Below, piece by piece: positions 45,601 through 59,900 of a DNA stretch of 64,000 nt. The DNA is from the human T2T-CHM13v2.0 reference genome, Homo sapiens. Numbering within the stretch: position 1 is the first letter of the stretch; the number at the start of each line of letters is the position of its first letter. The notes beneath the pieces are model-generated. The model was not told the origin of the DNA. It did no database searches and was given only the letters and a program-made list of their open reading frames with translations. Position numbers and translations under genes: made by a program. The DNA is taken from assembly GCF_009914755.1 (NCBI RefSeq), contig NC_060940.1; one strand, given 5' to 3'.

Positions 45601-48600
45601 GTCCCTTAGATGATTCCACATGATTCCATTACATGATGATACTATTTGAGCCCATCCAATGATTCCCTTCGATTCCATTCGATGAGGATTCCATTCGATT
45701 CAATTCATTGGTGATTCTATTCAATTCAATTCTTTGATTCCATTCCATTCCATTCGACAATGATTCCATTCGATTTCTTTCGATGATTCCACTCGATTCC
45801 ACTTGACATTGATTCCATTCGATTCCATTCAATGATTCCATTTGATTCCAGTGGATGATGATTGCCATCGATTCCATTCGATCACTCCATTCTATTCCAT
45901 TTGATGATGATTACATTCGATTCCATTTGATGATTCCATCTGATTCTATTCGAGGATTCCATTTGATTCCATTCGATGATGATTCCATTCGAGTCCATTT
46001 GATGATTTCATTCGAGTACATCCAATGATTCCATTCGAGTCCATTAGATGATTCCATTTGATTCCATTTGAAAATGATTCTACTAGAGTCCATTCAATGA
46101 CTCCATTCGAGTCCATTCAACAATTCCATTCGACTCCATTCGATGATTCCATTCGATTCCATTTGATGGTTCCATTCGAGTCCATTTAATCATTACAGTC
46201 GAGTCCATTTGGTGATTCCAATGGATTTCTTTTGATAATGATACCATTCCATTACATTTGATGATGATCCCATTCAATTTCATTTGATGATGATTCCATT
46301 AGAGTCCATTCGATGATTTCATTCGAGTCCCTTCATTGATTCCATCCGATTTCATTGGATGATGACTCCATTCGAGTCCATTCGATGATTCCACTCGATT
46401 CCATTAGATGACTCCATTGGAGTCCATTTGATTGTTCCATTCGATTCCATTCGATTCCTTTCGAAGATTATTCCATTTGAGTCCATTCGATGATGATTCC
46501 ATTCCATTCCATTCGATGATTCCGTTTGATTCCATTCGATGATTCCCTTCGATTCCTTTCTTTGATGATTCCATTCCATTCCATTCAATGATTCCATTCG
46601 AATCTATTCCATGATGATTCCTTTCGATTCCATTCGCTGATGTTTCCGTTCAATTCCATTCGATGATGATTCCATTCGATTCCATTCATTGAGGATTCCA
46701 TTTGATTCCATTCAATGATGATTCCATTCTATTCCATTCAATGATTGCATTCAATTCCATTCAATGATTATCCCATTAGAGTAAACTCAACGATTCCATT
46801 CAATACCATTCAATGATGATTCCTTTTGAGTCCATTCAATGATTTCATTCAAGTCCATTTGATGATTCCTTTCAATTCCATTCTATGATGATTCCATTCG
46901 AGTCCATTCGATGATTCCATTCGATTGCATTCGATGATTCCATTATATTCCATTCAACGGTGATTCCATTCGAGTCCATTCCATGATTCCATTAGAGTAC
47001 ATTTAATGATTGCTTTGTTTTCAATTCGAAGATGATTACATTGGATTCCATTCTATGATACCATTCGATTCCATTCAATGATGATTCCACTCAAATCCAT
47101 TGGATGATTCCATTCGTGTCCATTCGGTGATTTCATTAGATTCCATTCGAGGATGATTCCATTCGATTCCATTCGATGATTCCATTCAATTCCATTCGAT
47201 GATGATTCCATTCCAGTCCATATGATCATTCCATTTGATTTCATTCGATGATGATTCCATTCGATTCCTTTCGACGATTCCATTCTATTCCATTCGATGA
47301 TGATTCCATTCGAGTCCATTCGATGATTCCATTCGAGTCCATTTAATGATTCCATTGGGTTCAATTCAATGATGATTACATTGGATTCCGTTCTATGATT
47401 CCATTCAATTCCGTTCATTGACAATTTGATTCCATTCGATGATGATTCCATTTGAGTTCATTCGATGATTCTATTCGATTCTCTTCGATGGTGATTCAAT
47501 TCTATTATATTGGATGATTCCATTCGATTCCATTTGATGTTGATTCAATTCGATTCTATTCGATGATGATTCCATTGGATTTCACTTGATGATTCTATTC
47601 GATTCCATTCAATGATGATTCACTTCTCGTCCATTGGATGATTCCATTTCATTCCATTCGATGATGATTCCATTCGATTCCATTCGATGATTCCATTTGA
47701 TTCCATGCGACGGTGAGCAATTCGATTCAATTCCATGATGATTCTATTTGATTCAATTAGATGATGTTTCCATTCGAATCCATTCCATGATTATTCCATT
47801 GGAATCCATTCGGCGATGATTCCATATGAGTCAATTCAATCATGATTCCATATGGGTCCGTTCGATGATAATTCCATTTGATTTCATTCGATGCTTCTAT
47901 TCTATTCCAGTCGATGATGATTCCGTTGGAGTCCATACGATGATTCCATTTGATTTCATTTGATGATGATTCCATTCGATGATGATTACATTGGATTCCA
48001 TTCTATGATTCCATTCAATTCCATTCGTTGATGATTCGATTCCATTCAATGATGATTCCATTTGAGTTCATTCGATGATTCTATTCGATTCCGTTCGATG
48101 GTGATTCAATTCTATTATATTGGATGATTCCACTCGATTCCATTTGATGATTATTCCATTGGAGTCCACTTAGTGAATCCTTTAGATTCTACTCGACGAT
48201 GATTCCATTCGAGTCCATTCGATGATACCATTCAATTCCATTCGTTGATGCTTCCATTCAAGTGCATTCGATGATATCATTCGATTCCATTTGATGATAA
48301 TTCCATTTGATTCCATGCGATGATTCTATTCGATTCCATTCAATGATAATTCCATTCAATTCAGTGATTCCTCTGGACTCCATTTGATGATGATTCCATT
48401 CAATGATTCCATTCGATTCTATTCGAAAATGATTCCATTTGAATCCATTTGATGATGATTCCATTAGATTCCATTTGATGATTCCATTGGAGTCCATTTG
48501 ATTGTTCCATTCGATTCCATTCGATTCCTTTCGAAGATTATTCCATTTGAGTCCATTCGATGATGATTACATTCCATTCCATTCGATGATTCCATTTGAT

Positions 48601-50854
48601 TCCATTTGATGATTCCCTTCGATTCCTTTCTTTGATGACTGCATTCCATTCCATTCAATGTTTCCATTCGAATCTATTCCATGATGATTCCTTTCGATTC
48701 CATTCGCTGATGTTTCCGTTCAATTCCATTCGATGATGATTCCATTCGATTCCATTCATTGAGGATTCCATTTGATTCCATTCTATGATGATTCCGTTCT
48801 ATTCCATTCAATGATTGCATTCAATTCCATTCAATGATTATCCCATTAGAGTAAACTCAACGATTCCATTCAATACCATTCGATGATGATTCCTTTTGAG
48901 TTCATTCAATGATTTCATTCAAGTCCATTTGATGATTCCTTTCAATTCCATTCTATGATGATTCCATTCGAGTCCATTCGATGATTCCATTCGATTGCAT
49001 TCCATGATTCCATTATATTCCATTCAACGGTGATTCCATTCGAGTCCATTCGATGATTCCATTAGAGTACATTTAATGATTGCTTTGTTTTCAATTCGAA
49101 GATGATTACATTCGATTCCATTCTATGATACCATTCGATTCCATTCAATGATGATTCCACTCAAATCCATTGGATGATTCCATTCGTGTCCATTCGGTGA
49201 TTTCATTAGATTCCATTCGAGGATGATTCCTTTCGATTCCATTCGATGATTCCATTCAATTCCATTCGATGATGATTCCATTCGAGTCCATATGATCATT
49301 CCATTTGATTTCATTCGATGATGATTCCATTCGATTCCATTCGATGATTCCATTCTATTCCTTTCGATGATGATTCCATTCGAGTCCATTCGATGATTCC
49401 ATTCGAGTCCATTTAATGATTCCATTGGGTTCAATTCGATGATGATTACATTGGATTCCGTTCTATGATTCCATTCAATTCCGTTCATTGACAATTTGAT
49501 TCCATTCGATGATGATTCCATTTGAGTTCATTCGATGATTCTATTCGATTCTCTTCGATGGTGATTCAATTATATTATATTGGATGATGCCATTCGATTC
49601 CATTTGATGTTGATTCAATTCGATTCTATTCGATGATGATTCCATTGGATTTCACTTGATGATTCTATTCGATTCCATTCAATGATGATTCACTTCTCGT
49701 CCATTGGATGGTTCCATTTCATTCCATTCGATGATGATTCCATTCGATTCCATTCGATGATTCCATTTGATTCCATTCGACGGTGACCAATTCGATTCAA
49801 TTCCATGATGATTCTATTTGATTCAATTAGATGATGTTTCCATTCGAATCCATTCCATGATTATTCCATTGGAATCCATTCGGCGATGATTCCATATGAG
49901 TCAATTCAATGATGATTCCATATGGGTCCGTTCGATGATAATTCCATTTGATTTCATTCGATGCTTCTATTCAATTCCAGTTGATGATGATTCCGTTGGA
50001 GTCCATACGATGATTCCATTTGATTTCATTTGATGATGATTCCATTCGATTCCATTCGATGATGATTACATTGGATTCCATTCTATGATTCCATTCAATT
50101 CCATTCGTTGATGATTCGATTCCATTCAATGATGATTCCATTTGAGTTCATTCGATGATTCTATTCGATTCCGTTCGATGGTGATTCAATTCTCTTATAT
50201 TGGATGATTCCACTCGATTCCATTTGATGATTATTCCATTGGAGTCCACTTAGTGAATCCTTTAGATTCTACTCGAAGATGATTCCATTCGAGTCCATTC
50301 GATGGTACCATTCAATTCCATTCGTTGATGCTTCCATTCAAGTGCATTCGATGATATCATTCGATTCCATTTGATGATAATTCCATTTGATTCCATGCGA
50401 TGATTCTATTCGATTCCATTCAATGATAATTCCATTCAATTCAGTGATTCCTCTGGACTCCATTTGATGATGATTCCATTCAATGATTCCATTCGATTCT
50501 ATTCGAAAATGATTCCATTTGAATCCATTTGATGATGATTCCATTAGATTCCATTTGATGATTCTATTCGATTCCATTCGACGATGATTCCATTCGATTC
50601 CATTTGATGATTCCATTATATTCTATTCGATGATGATTCCATTCGATTCCATTCGATGATGATTGGATTCGATTCCACTTGATGATTTCATTTGATTCCA
50701 TTCGATAATGATTTTGATCAATTCCATTCGATGATTCCATTCGATTCCATTCGATAATGATTACATCCGAGTCCATTCGATGATTCCATTTGAGCCCGTT
50801 CGATAATTCCATTTGAGTCCAATCAATGATTGCATTCATTTCCATTCAATGATT
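42663..50854 (+). repeat. Anomalous macro-unit U8 (8192 bp) containing an out-of-register junction
   Basis: Landmarks 42686 and 50878. The pseudo-ORF at 47053 recurs only 2070 bp later at 49123. Length = 5814 bp before the junction + 2378 bp of a class-C back end. Confidence 0.95.
48477..48488 (+). other. Rearrangement breakpoint with 12-bp microhomology GATGATTCCATT
   Basis: The left flank (...CCATTAGATTCCATTT) belongs to unit offset ~5810 (cf. 30105-30132). The right flank (GGAGTCCATTTGATTGTTCC) belongs to unit offset ~3750 (cf. 34163-34195). Confidence 0.9.
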
Positions 50855-53800
50855 CCATTCGAGTCCATTTGATCATTCCGGTAGGGTCCGTTCGATGTTG
50901 ATTCCATTGGAGTGCATTCGATGATTCCATTCGAGTCCAATTTATGATTTGGTTCGAGTCCTTTCGATGATTCCATTCGATTCCACTCGATGATGATTTC
51001 ATTCGAGTCCATTCGACACTTCCAATCGATTCCATTTGATGTTTCCTTTCGAGTCCAATTGATGATTCCATTCAATTCCATTCGATGATGATTCCGTACG
51101 ATTCCACTCTGTGATGATTCCAAGTGATTGCATTCAATGATGATTCCTTTCGATTGCATTCGATTATGATTCATTTCGTGTTCATTCTATGGTTCCACAG
51201 GTTTCCATTCGTGTCCATTCCATTATTCCATTCTATTCCATTTGATGATGATTCCATTCGATTCCATTCATTGGTGATTCCACTCAATTCCATTCAATGA
51301 TTCCATTCCATTTCTTTCAACAATGATTCCATTAGTTTCTAATCGATGATCCACTTGATTCCATTTGACGACGATTCCATTCTTGTCCATTCGATGATTC
51401 CATTTGATTCCATATGATGATGATTCCATTCGATTCCATACCATGATGATTCCATTCGAGTCCATTCAATGGTGATTCCATTCAATTCCATTCGATGATT
51501 CCTTTCGATTCCATTCAATGATGATGGCATTCGATTCCTTTCAATCATTCCCTTTGATTCCATTGAAAGGTGATTTCATTCAAGTCCATTCGATAATTGC
51601 ATTCGATTCCATTCTATGATGATTCCATTCGAGTCCATTTGATGATTCCATTCAATTCAAGTCAATGATGATTCCATTCAATTCCATTCGACGATTCCAT
51701 TGGATTCCATTCGATGATGATTCCATTCAAATCCATTCGATAATTCAATTCAAGTCCATTCGATGATGATTCCAATCGAATCCATTCAAAGATTCCATTC
51801 TGTTCCATTCGATGATTCCCTTAGATTCCATTCGATGATTCCACTTGATTGCATTTACGATGATTCCATTCGATTCCATGTGATGATTCCATTCAATTCT
51901 ATTCAATGATGTCTCCATTTGATTCCATTCGACCATGATTGCCTTTGATTCCATTCAATGATTCCATTCGGTTCCGTTTGATGATGATTCCGTTCGATTC
52001 CATTTGATGATTCCATTTGATTCCATTGGATGAGTCCATTCGATTACACTCGATGATTATTCCATTCGAGTGCATTAGATGATTCCATTCGAGTCCATTC
52101 GATGATTCCATTCGATTCCATTCGATGTTGATTCTGTTCAAATCCATTCGATGATTCCACTCGATTCCATTCGTTGACTCCATTTGATCCCATTCGATGA
52201 TTTCCTTTGATTCCCTTTGATGATCATTCCATTTGATTCAATTCGGTGATTTCATTTGATTCCATTCAGTGATGTTTCCATTCGACTCCATTCGATGATG
52301 ATTCCATTCGACTCCATTCGATTATGATTTCATTCAATTCCATTCGATAATGATTCCCTTCGAGTCCATTCGATGATTCCATTCGATTCCATTCAACGAT
52401 GATTTGATTCGTGTCCATTCGATGATTCCATTTGATTCCACTTGACGATGATTCCATTCGAGTCCATTTGATGATTCCATTCAATTCCATACTCCGATGA
52501 TTTCTTTTGAGCCCACTCAATGCTTCCACTCGATTCCATATGATGATGACTCCATTCGATGAAATTCGATGATGATTCCATTCGCTTGCTTTCGATGATG
52601 ATTCCACTTGAGTCCGTTAGAAGATTCTATTCAATTACATTCCATGACGATTCCGTTCGAGTCCATTTGATGATTCCATTAGACTCCATTCGACGATGAT
52701 TCCATTCGATGTTATTCCATGATTCCATTCGATCTCATTCGATGATGATTCCATTCAACTCCATTCGATGTTTCCATTCGAGTTCATTCTATTATTCCAT
52801 TAGATTCCATTCGATGATGATTCCATTCGATTCCATTTGATGATTGCATTCTATTTCATTTGATGATGATTCCATTCGAGTCCACTCGATGATTCCATTC
52901 GAGTCCATTTAATGAATCCATTGGTTTCAATTCTATGATGATTACATTGGATTCCATTCGTTGATGAATTCATTCGGCTCCATTCAATGATGATTCCATT
53001 CAATTCCTTTCAATGTTTCCATTCAATTCCATACGATGATGATTCCATTTGATTTGATTCGACAGTGAGCCATTCGATTCAATTCCATGATGATTCTATT
53101 TGATTCAATTGGTTGACATTTCCATTCGATTCCATTCGATGATGATTCCCTTTGATTCCGTTCAAAGATGATTCCATTCTAGCCCATTCAATCATTCCAT
53201 TCGATTCTATTCAATGATGATTCCATTCATGTCGATTTGGTGATTCCATTTGACTTCATTTGATGATGATTCCTTTCAAGTTCATTAGATGATTCCATTC
53301 GATTCCATTTGATGATGATCCCATTCGAGTCCATTCAGTGATTCCATTCGTTTCCATTCCATGATGATTCCATTCCTTTCCATTCAATGATTCCATTCGA
53401 TTCCGTTTGATGATGATTTCATTCGAGTCCATTTGATGATTCCATTTGATTCCATTCGATGATGATTCCATTCGAGTCCATTCGATGATTCTATTCGAAT
53501 CCATTTGATGATTTCTTTTGATTATATTTGGTGATGATTCCATTGGAGTCCATTCAATGATTCCATTCGATTCCAATTGATGATGATTCCATTAGAGTCC
53601 ATTTAATGATTCCATTTGATTCCAGTCTCTGATGATTACATTCGAGTCCATACGATGATTCCACTCAATTCCATATGATGATGATTCCATTCGATTCCAT
53701 TCGATGATTCCATTCTATTCTATTCAATGGTGATTCCATTCGAGTACATTAGATGATTCCATTCGATTCCATTCAATGATGATTCTATTTGTGTCCCTTA

Positions 53801-56800
53801 GATGATTCCACATGATTCCATTACATGATGATACTATTTGAGCCCATCCAATGATTCCCTTCGATTCCATTCGATGAGGATTCCATTCGATTCAATTCAT
53901 TGGTGATTCTATTCAATTCAATTCTTTGATTCCATTCCATTCCATTCGACAATGATTCCATTCGATTTCTTTCGATGATTCCACTCGATTCCACTTGACA
54001 TTGATTCCATTCGATTCCATTCAATGATTCCATTTGATTCCAGTGGATGATGATTGCCATCGATTCCATTCGATCACTCCATTCTATTCCATTTGATGAT
54101 GATTACATTCGATTCCATTTGATGATTCCATCTGATTCTATTCGAGGATTCCATTTGATTCCATTCGATGATGATTCCATTCGAGTCCATTCGATGATTT
54201 CATTCGAGTACATCCAATGATTCCATTCGTGTCCATTTGATGATTCCATTTGTTTCCATTTGATTATGATTCTACTAGAGTCCATTCAATGACTCCATTC
54301 GAGTGCATTCAACAATTCCATTCGACTCCATTCGATGATTGCATTCGATTCCATTTGATGATTCCATTCGAGTCCATTTAATCATTACAGTCGAGTCCAT
54401 TTGGTGATTCCACTGGATTTCTTTTGATAATGATACCATTCCATTACATTTGATGATGATCCCATTCAATTTCATTTGATGATGATTCCCTTAGAGTCCA
54501 TTCGATGATTTCATTCGAGTCCTTTCATTGATTCCATCCGATTTCATTTGATGATGACTCCATTCGAGTCCATTCGATGATTCCACTCGATTCCATTAGA
54601 TGATTCCATTGGAGTCCATTTCATTGTTCCATTCGATTCCATTCGATTCCTTTCGAAGATTATTCCATTTGAGTCCATTCGATGATGATTACATTCCATT
54701 CCATTCGATGATTCCATTTGATTCCATTTGATGATTCCCTTCGATTCCTTTCTTTGATGACTGCATTCCATTCCATTCAATGTTTCCATTCGAATCTATT
54801 CCATGATGATTCCTTTCGATTCCATTCGCTGATGTTTCCGTTCAATTCCATTCGATGATGATTCCATTCGATTCCATTCATTGAGGATTCCATTTGATTC
54901 CATTCTATGATGATTCCGTTCTATTCCATTCAATGATTGCATTCAATTCCATTCAATGATTATCCCATTAGAGTAAACTCAACGATTCCATTCAATACCA
55001 TTCGATGATGATTCCTTTTGAGTTCATTCAATGATTTCATTCAAGTCCATTTGATGATTCCTTTCAATTCCATTCTATGATGATTCCATTCGAGTCCATT
55101 CGATGATTCCATTCGATTGCATTCCATGATTCCATTATATTCCATTCAACGGTGATTCCATTCGAGTCCATTCGATGATTCCATTAGAGTACATTTAATG
55201 ATTGCTTTGTTTTCAATTCGAAGATGATTACATTCGATTCCATTCTATGATACCATTCGATTCCATTCAATGATGATTCCACTCAAATCCATTGGATGAT
55301 TCCATTCGTGTCCATTCGGTGATTTCATTAGATTCCATTCGAGGATGATTCCTTTCGATTCCATTCGATGATTCCATTCAATTCCATTCGATGATGATTC
55401 CATTCGAGTCCATATGATCATTCCATTTGATTTCATTCGATGATGATTCCATTCGATTCCATTCGATGATTCCATTCTATTCCTTTCGATGATGATTCCA
55501 TTCGAGTCCATTCGATGATTCCATTCGAGTCCATTTAATGATTCCATTGGGTTCAATTCGATGATGATTACATTGGATTCCGTTCTATGATTCCATTCAA
55601 TTCCGTTCATTGACAATTTGATTCCATTCGATGATGATTCCATTTGAGTTCATTCGATGATTCTATTCGATTCTCTTCGATGGTGATTCAATTATATTAT
55701 ATTGGATGATGCCATTCGATTCCATTTGATGTTGATTCAATTCGATTCTATTCGATGATGATTCCATTGGATTTCACTTGATGATTCTATTCGATTCCAT
55801 TCAATGATGATTCACTTCTCGTCCATTGGATGGTTCCATTTCATTCCATTCGATGATGATTCCATTCGATTCCATTCGATGATTCCATTTGATTCCATTC
55901 GACGGTGACCAATTCGATTCAATTCCATGATGATTCTATTTGATTCAATTAGATGATGTTTCCATTCGAATCCATTCCATGATTATTCCATTGGAATCCA
56001 TTCGGCGATGATTCCATATGAGTCAATTCAATGATGATTCCATATGGGTCCGTTCGATGATAATTCCATTTGATTTCATTCGATGCTTCTATTCAATTCC
56101 AGTTGATGATGATTCCGTTGGAGTCCATACGATGATTCCATTTGATTTCATTTGATGATGATTCCATTCGATTCCATTCGATGATGATTACATTGGATTC
56201 CATTCTATGATTCCATTCAATTCCATTCGTTGATGATTCGATTCCATTCAATGATGATTCCATTTGAGTTCATTCGATGATTCTATTCGATTCCGTTCGA
56301 TGGTGATTCAATTCTCTTATATTGGATGATTCCACTCGATTCCATTTGATGATTATTCCATTGGAGTCCACTTAGTGAATCCTTTAGATTCTACTCGAAG
56401 ATGATTCCATTCGAGTCCATTCGATGGTACCATTCAATTCCATTCGTTGATGCTTCCATTCAAGTGCATTCGATATCATTCGATTCCATTTGATGATAAT
56501 TCCATTTGATTCCATGCGATGATTCTATTCGATTCCATTCAATGATAATTCCATTCAATTCAGTGATTCCTCTGGACTCCATTTGATGATGATTCCATTC
56601 AATGATTCCATTCGATTCTATTCGAAAATGATTCCATTTGAATCCATTTGATGATGATTCCATTAGATTCCATTTGATGATTCTATTCGATTCCATTCGA
56701 CGATGATTCCATTCGATTCCATTTGATGATTCCATTCTATTCTATTCGATGATGATTCCATTCGATTCCATTCGATGATGATTGGATTCGATTCCATTTG

Positions 56801-56973
56801 ATGATTTCATTTGATTCCATTCGATAATGATTTTGATCAATTCCATTCGATGATTCCATTCGATTCCATTCGATAATGATTACATCCGAGTCCATTCGAT
56901 GATTCCATTTGAGCCCGTTCGATAATTCCATTTGAGTCCAATCAATGATTGCATTCATTTCCATTCAATGATT
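50855..56973 (+). repeat. Macro-unit U9 (6119 bp, class C, closest to U7)
   Basis: Landmarks 50878 and 56997. 3-bp GAT deletion at ~56472. Shares otherwise private alleles with U7 at offset 14314. Confidence 0.93.
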
Positions 56974-59900
56974 CCATTCGAGTCCATTTGATCATTCCGG
57001 TAGGGTCCGTTCGATGTTGATTCCATTGGAGTGCATTCGATGATTCCATTCGAGTCCAATTTATGATTTGGTTCGAGTCCTTTCGATGATTCCATTCGAT
57101 TCCACTCGATGATGATTTCATTCGAGTCCATTCGACACTTCCAATCGATTCCATTTGATGTTTCCTTTCGAGTCCAATTGATGATTCCATTCAATTCCAT
57201 TCGATGATGATTCCGTACGATTCCACTCTGTGATGATTCCAAGTGATTGCATTCAATGATGATTCCTTTCGATTGCATTCGATTATGATTCATTTCGTGT
57301 TCATTCTATGGTTCCACAGGTTTCCATTCGTGTCCATTCCATTATTCCATTCTATTCCATTTGATGATGATTCCATTCGATTCCATTCATTGGTGATTCC
57401 ACTCAATTCCATTCAATGATTCCATTCCATTTCTTTCAACAATGATTCCATTAGTTTCTAATCGATGATCCACTTGATTCCATTTGACGACGATTCCATT
57501 CTTGTCCATTCGATGATTCCATTTGATTCCATATGATGATGATTCCATTCGATTCCATACCATGATGATTCCATTCGAGTCCATTCAATGGTGATTCCAT
57601 TCAATTCCATTCGATGATTCCTTTCGATTCCATTCAATGATGATGGCATTCGATTCCTTTCAATCATTCCCTTTGATTCCATTCAAAGGTGATTTCATTC
57701 AAGTCCATTCGATAATTGCATTCGATTCCATTCTATGATGATTCCATTCGAGTCCATTTGATGATTCCATTCAATTCAAGTCAATGATGATTCCATTCAA
57801 TTCCATTCGATGATTCCATTGGATTCCATTCGATGATGATTCCATTCAAATCCATTCGATAATTCAATTCAAGTCCATTCGATGATGATTCCAATCGAAT
57901 CCATTCAAAGATTCCATTCTGTTCCATTCGATGATTCCCTTAGATTCCATTCGATGATTCCACTTGATTGCATTTACGATGATTCCATTCGATTCCATGT
58001 GATGATTCCATTCAATTCTATTCAATGATGTCTCCATTTGATTCCATTCGACCATGATTGCCTTTGATTCCATTCAATGATTCCATTCGGTTCCGTTTGA
58101 TGATGATTCCGTTCGATTCCATTTGATGATTCCATTTGATTCCATTGGATGAGTCCATTCGATTACATTCGATGATTATTCCATTCGAGTGCATTAGATG
58201 ATTCCATTCGAGTCCATTCGATGATTCCATTCGATTCCATTCGATGTTGATTCTGTTCAAATCCATTCGATGATTCCACTCGATTCCATTCGTTGACTCC
58301 ATTTGATCCCATTTGATGATTTCCTTTGATTCCCTTTGATGATCATTCCATTTGATTCAATTCGGTGATTTCATTTGATTCCATTCAGTGATGTTTCCAT
58401 TCGACTCCATTCGATGATGATTCCATTCGACTCCATTCGATTATGATTTCATTCAATTCCATTCGATAATGATTCCCTTCGAGTCCATTCGATGATTCCA
58501 TTCGATTCCATTCAACGATGATTTGATTCGTGTCCATTCGATGATTCCATTTGATTCCACTTGACGATGATTCCATTCGAGTCCATTTGATGATTCCATT
58601 CAATTCCATACTCCGATGATTTCTTTTGAGCCCACTCAATGCTTCCACTCGATTCCATATGATGATGACTCCATTCGATGAAATTCGATGATGATTCCAT
58701 TCGCTTGCTTTCGATGATGATTCCACTTGAGTCCGTTAGAAGATTCTATTCAATTACATTCCATGACGATTCCGTTCGAGTCCATTTGATGATTCCATTA
58801 GACTCCATTCGACGATGATTCCATTCGATGTTATTCCATGATTCCATTCGATCTCATTCGATGATGATTCCATTCAACTCCATTCGATGTTTCCATTCGA
58901 GTTCATTCTATTATTCCATTAGATTCCATTCGATGATGATTCCATTCGATTCCATTTGATGATTGCATTCTATTTCATTTGATGATGATTCCATTCGAGT
59001 CCACTCGATGATTCCATTCGAGTCCATTTAATGAATCCATTGGTTTCAATTCTATGATGATTACATTGGATTACATTCGTTGATGATTTCATTCGGTTCC
59101 ATTCAATGATGATTCCATTCAATTCCTTTCAATGTTTCCATTCAATTCCATACGATGATGATTCCATTTGATTTGATTCGACAGTGAGCCATTCGATTCA
59201 ATTCCATGATGATTCTATTTGATTCAATTGGTTGACATTTCCATTCGATTCCATTCGATGATGATTCCCTTTGATTCCGTTCAAAGATGATTCCATTCTA
59301 GCCCATTCAATCATTCCATTCGATTCTATTCAATGATGATTCCATTCATGTCGATTTGGTGATTCCATTTGACTTCATTTGATGATGATTCCTTTCAAGT
59401 TCATTAGATGATTCCATTCGATTCCATTTGATGATGATCCCATTCGAGTCCATTCAGTGATTCCATTCGTTTCCATTCCATGATGATTCCATTCCTTTCC
59501 ATTCAATGATTCCATTCGATTCCGTTTGATGATGATTTCATTCGAGTCCATTTGATGATTCCATTTGATTCCATTCGATGATGATTCCATTCGAGTCCAT
59601 TCGATGATTCTATTCGAATCCATTTGATGATTTCTTTTGATTATTTTTGGTGATGATTCCATTGGAGTCCATTCAATGATTCCATTCTATTCCAATCGAT
59701 GATGATTCCATTAGAGTCCATTTAATGATTCCATTGGATTCCAGTCTCTGATGATTACATTCGAGTCCATACGATGATTCCACTCAATTCCATATGATGA
59801 TGATTCCATTTGATTCCATTCGGTGATTCCATTCTATTCTATTCAATGGTGATTCCATTCGAGTACATTAGATGATTCCATTCGATTCCATTCAATGATG

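Noticed and set aside
42663-50854. Unit length of exactly 8192 (2^13) suggesting a computational artefact
   Set aside because: It decomposes as 5814 + 2378 across a junction with microhomology, and the repeated 2 kb is a different variant class rather than an exact copy. Coincidence is most likely; read support would settle it.
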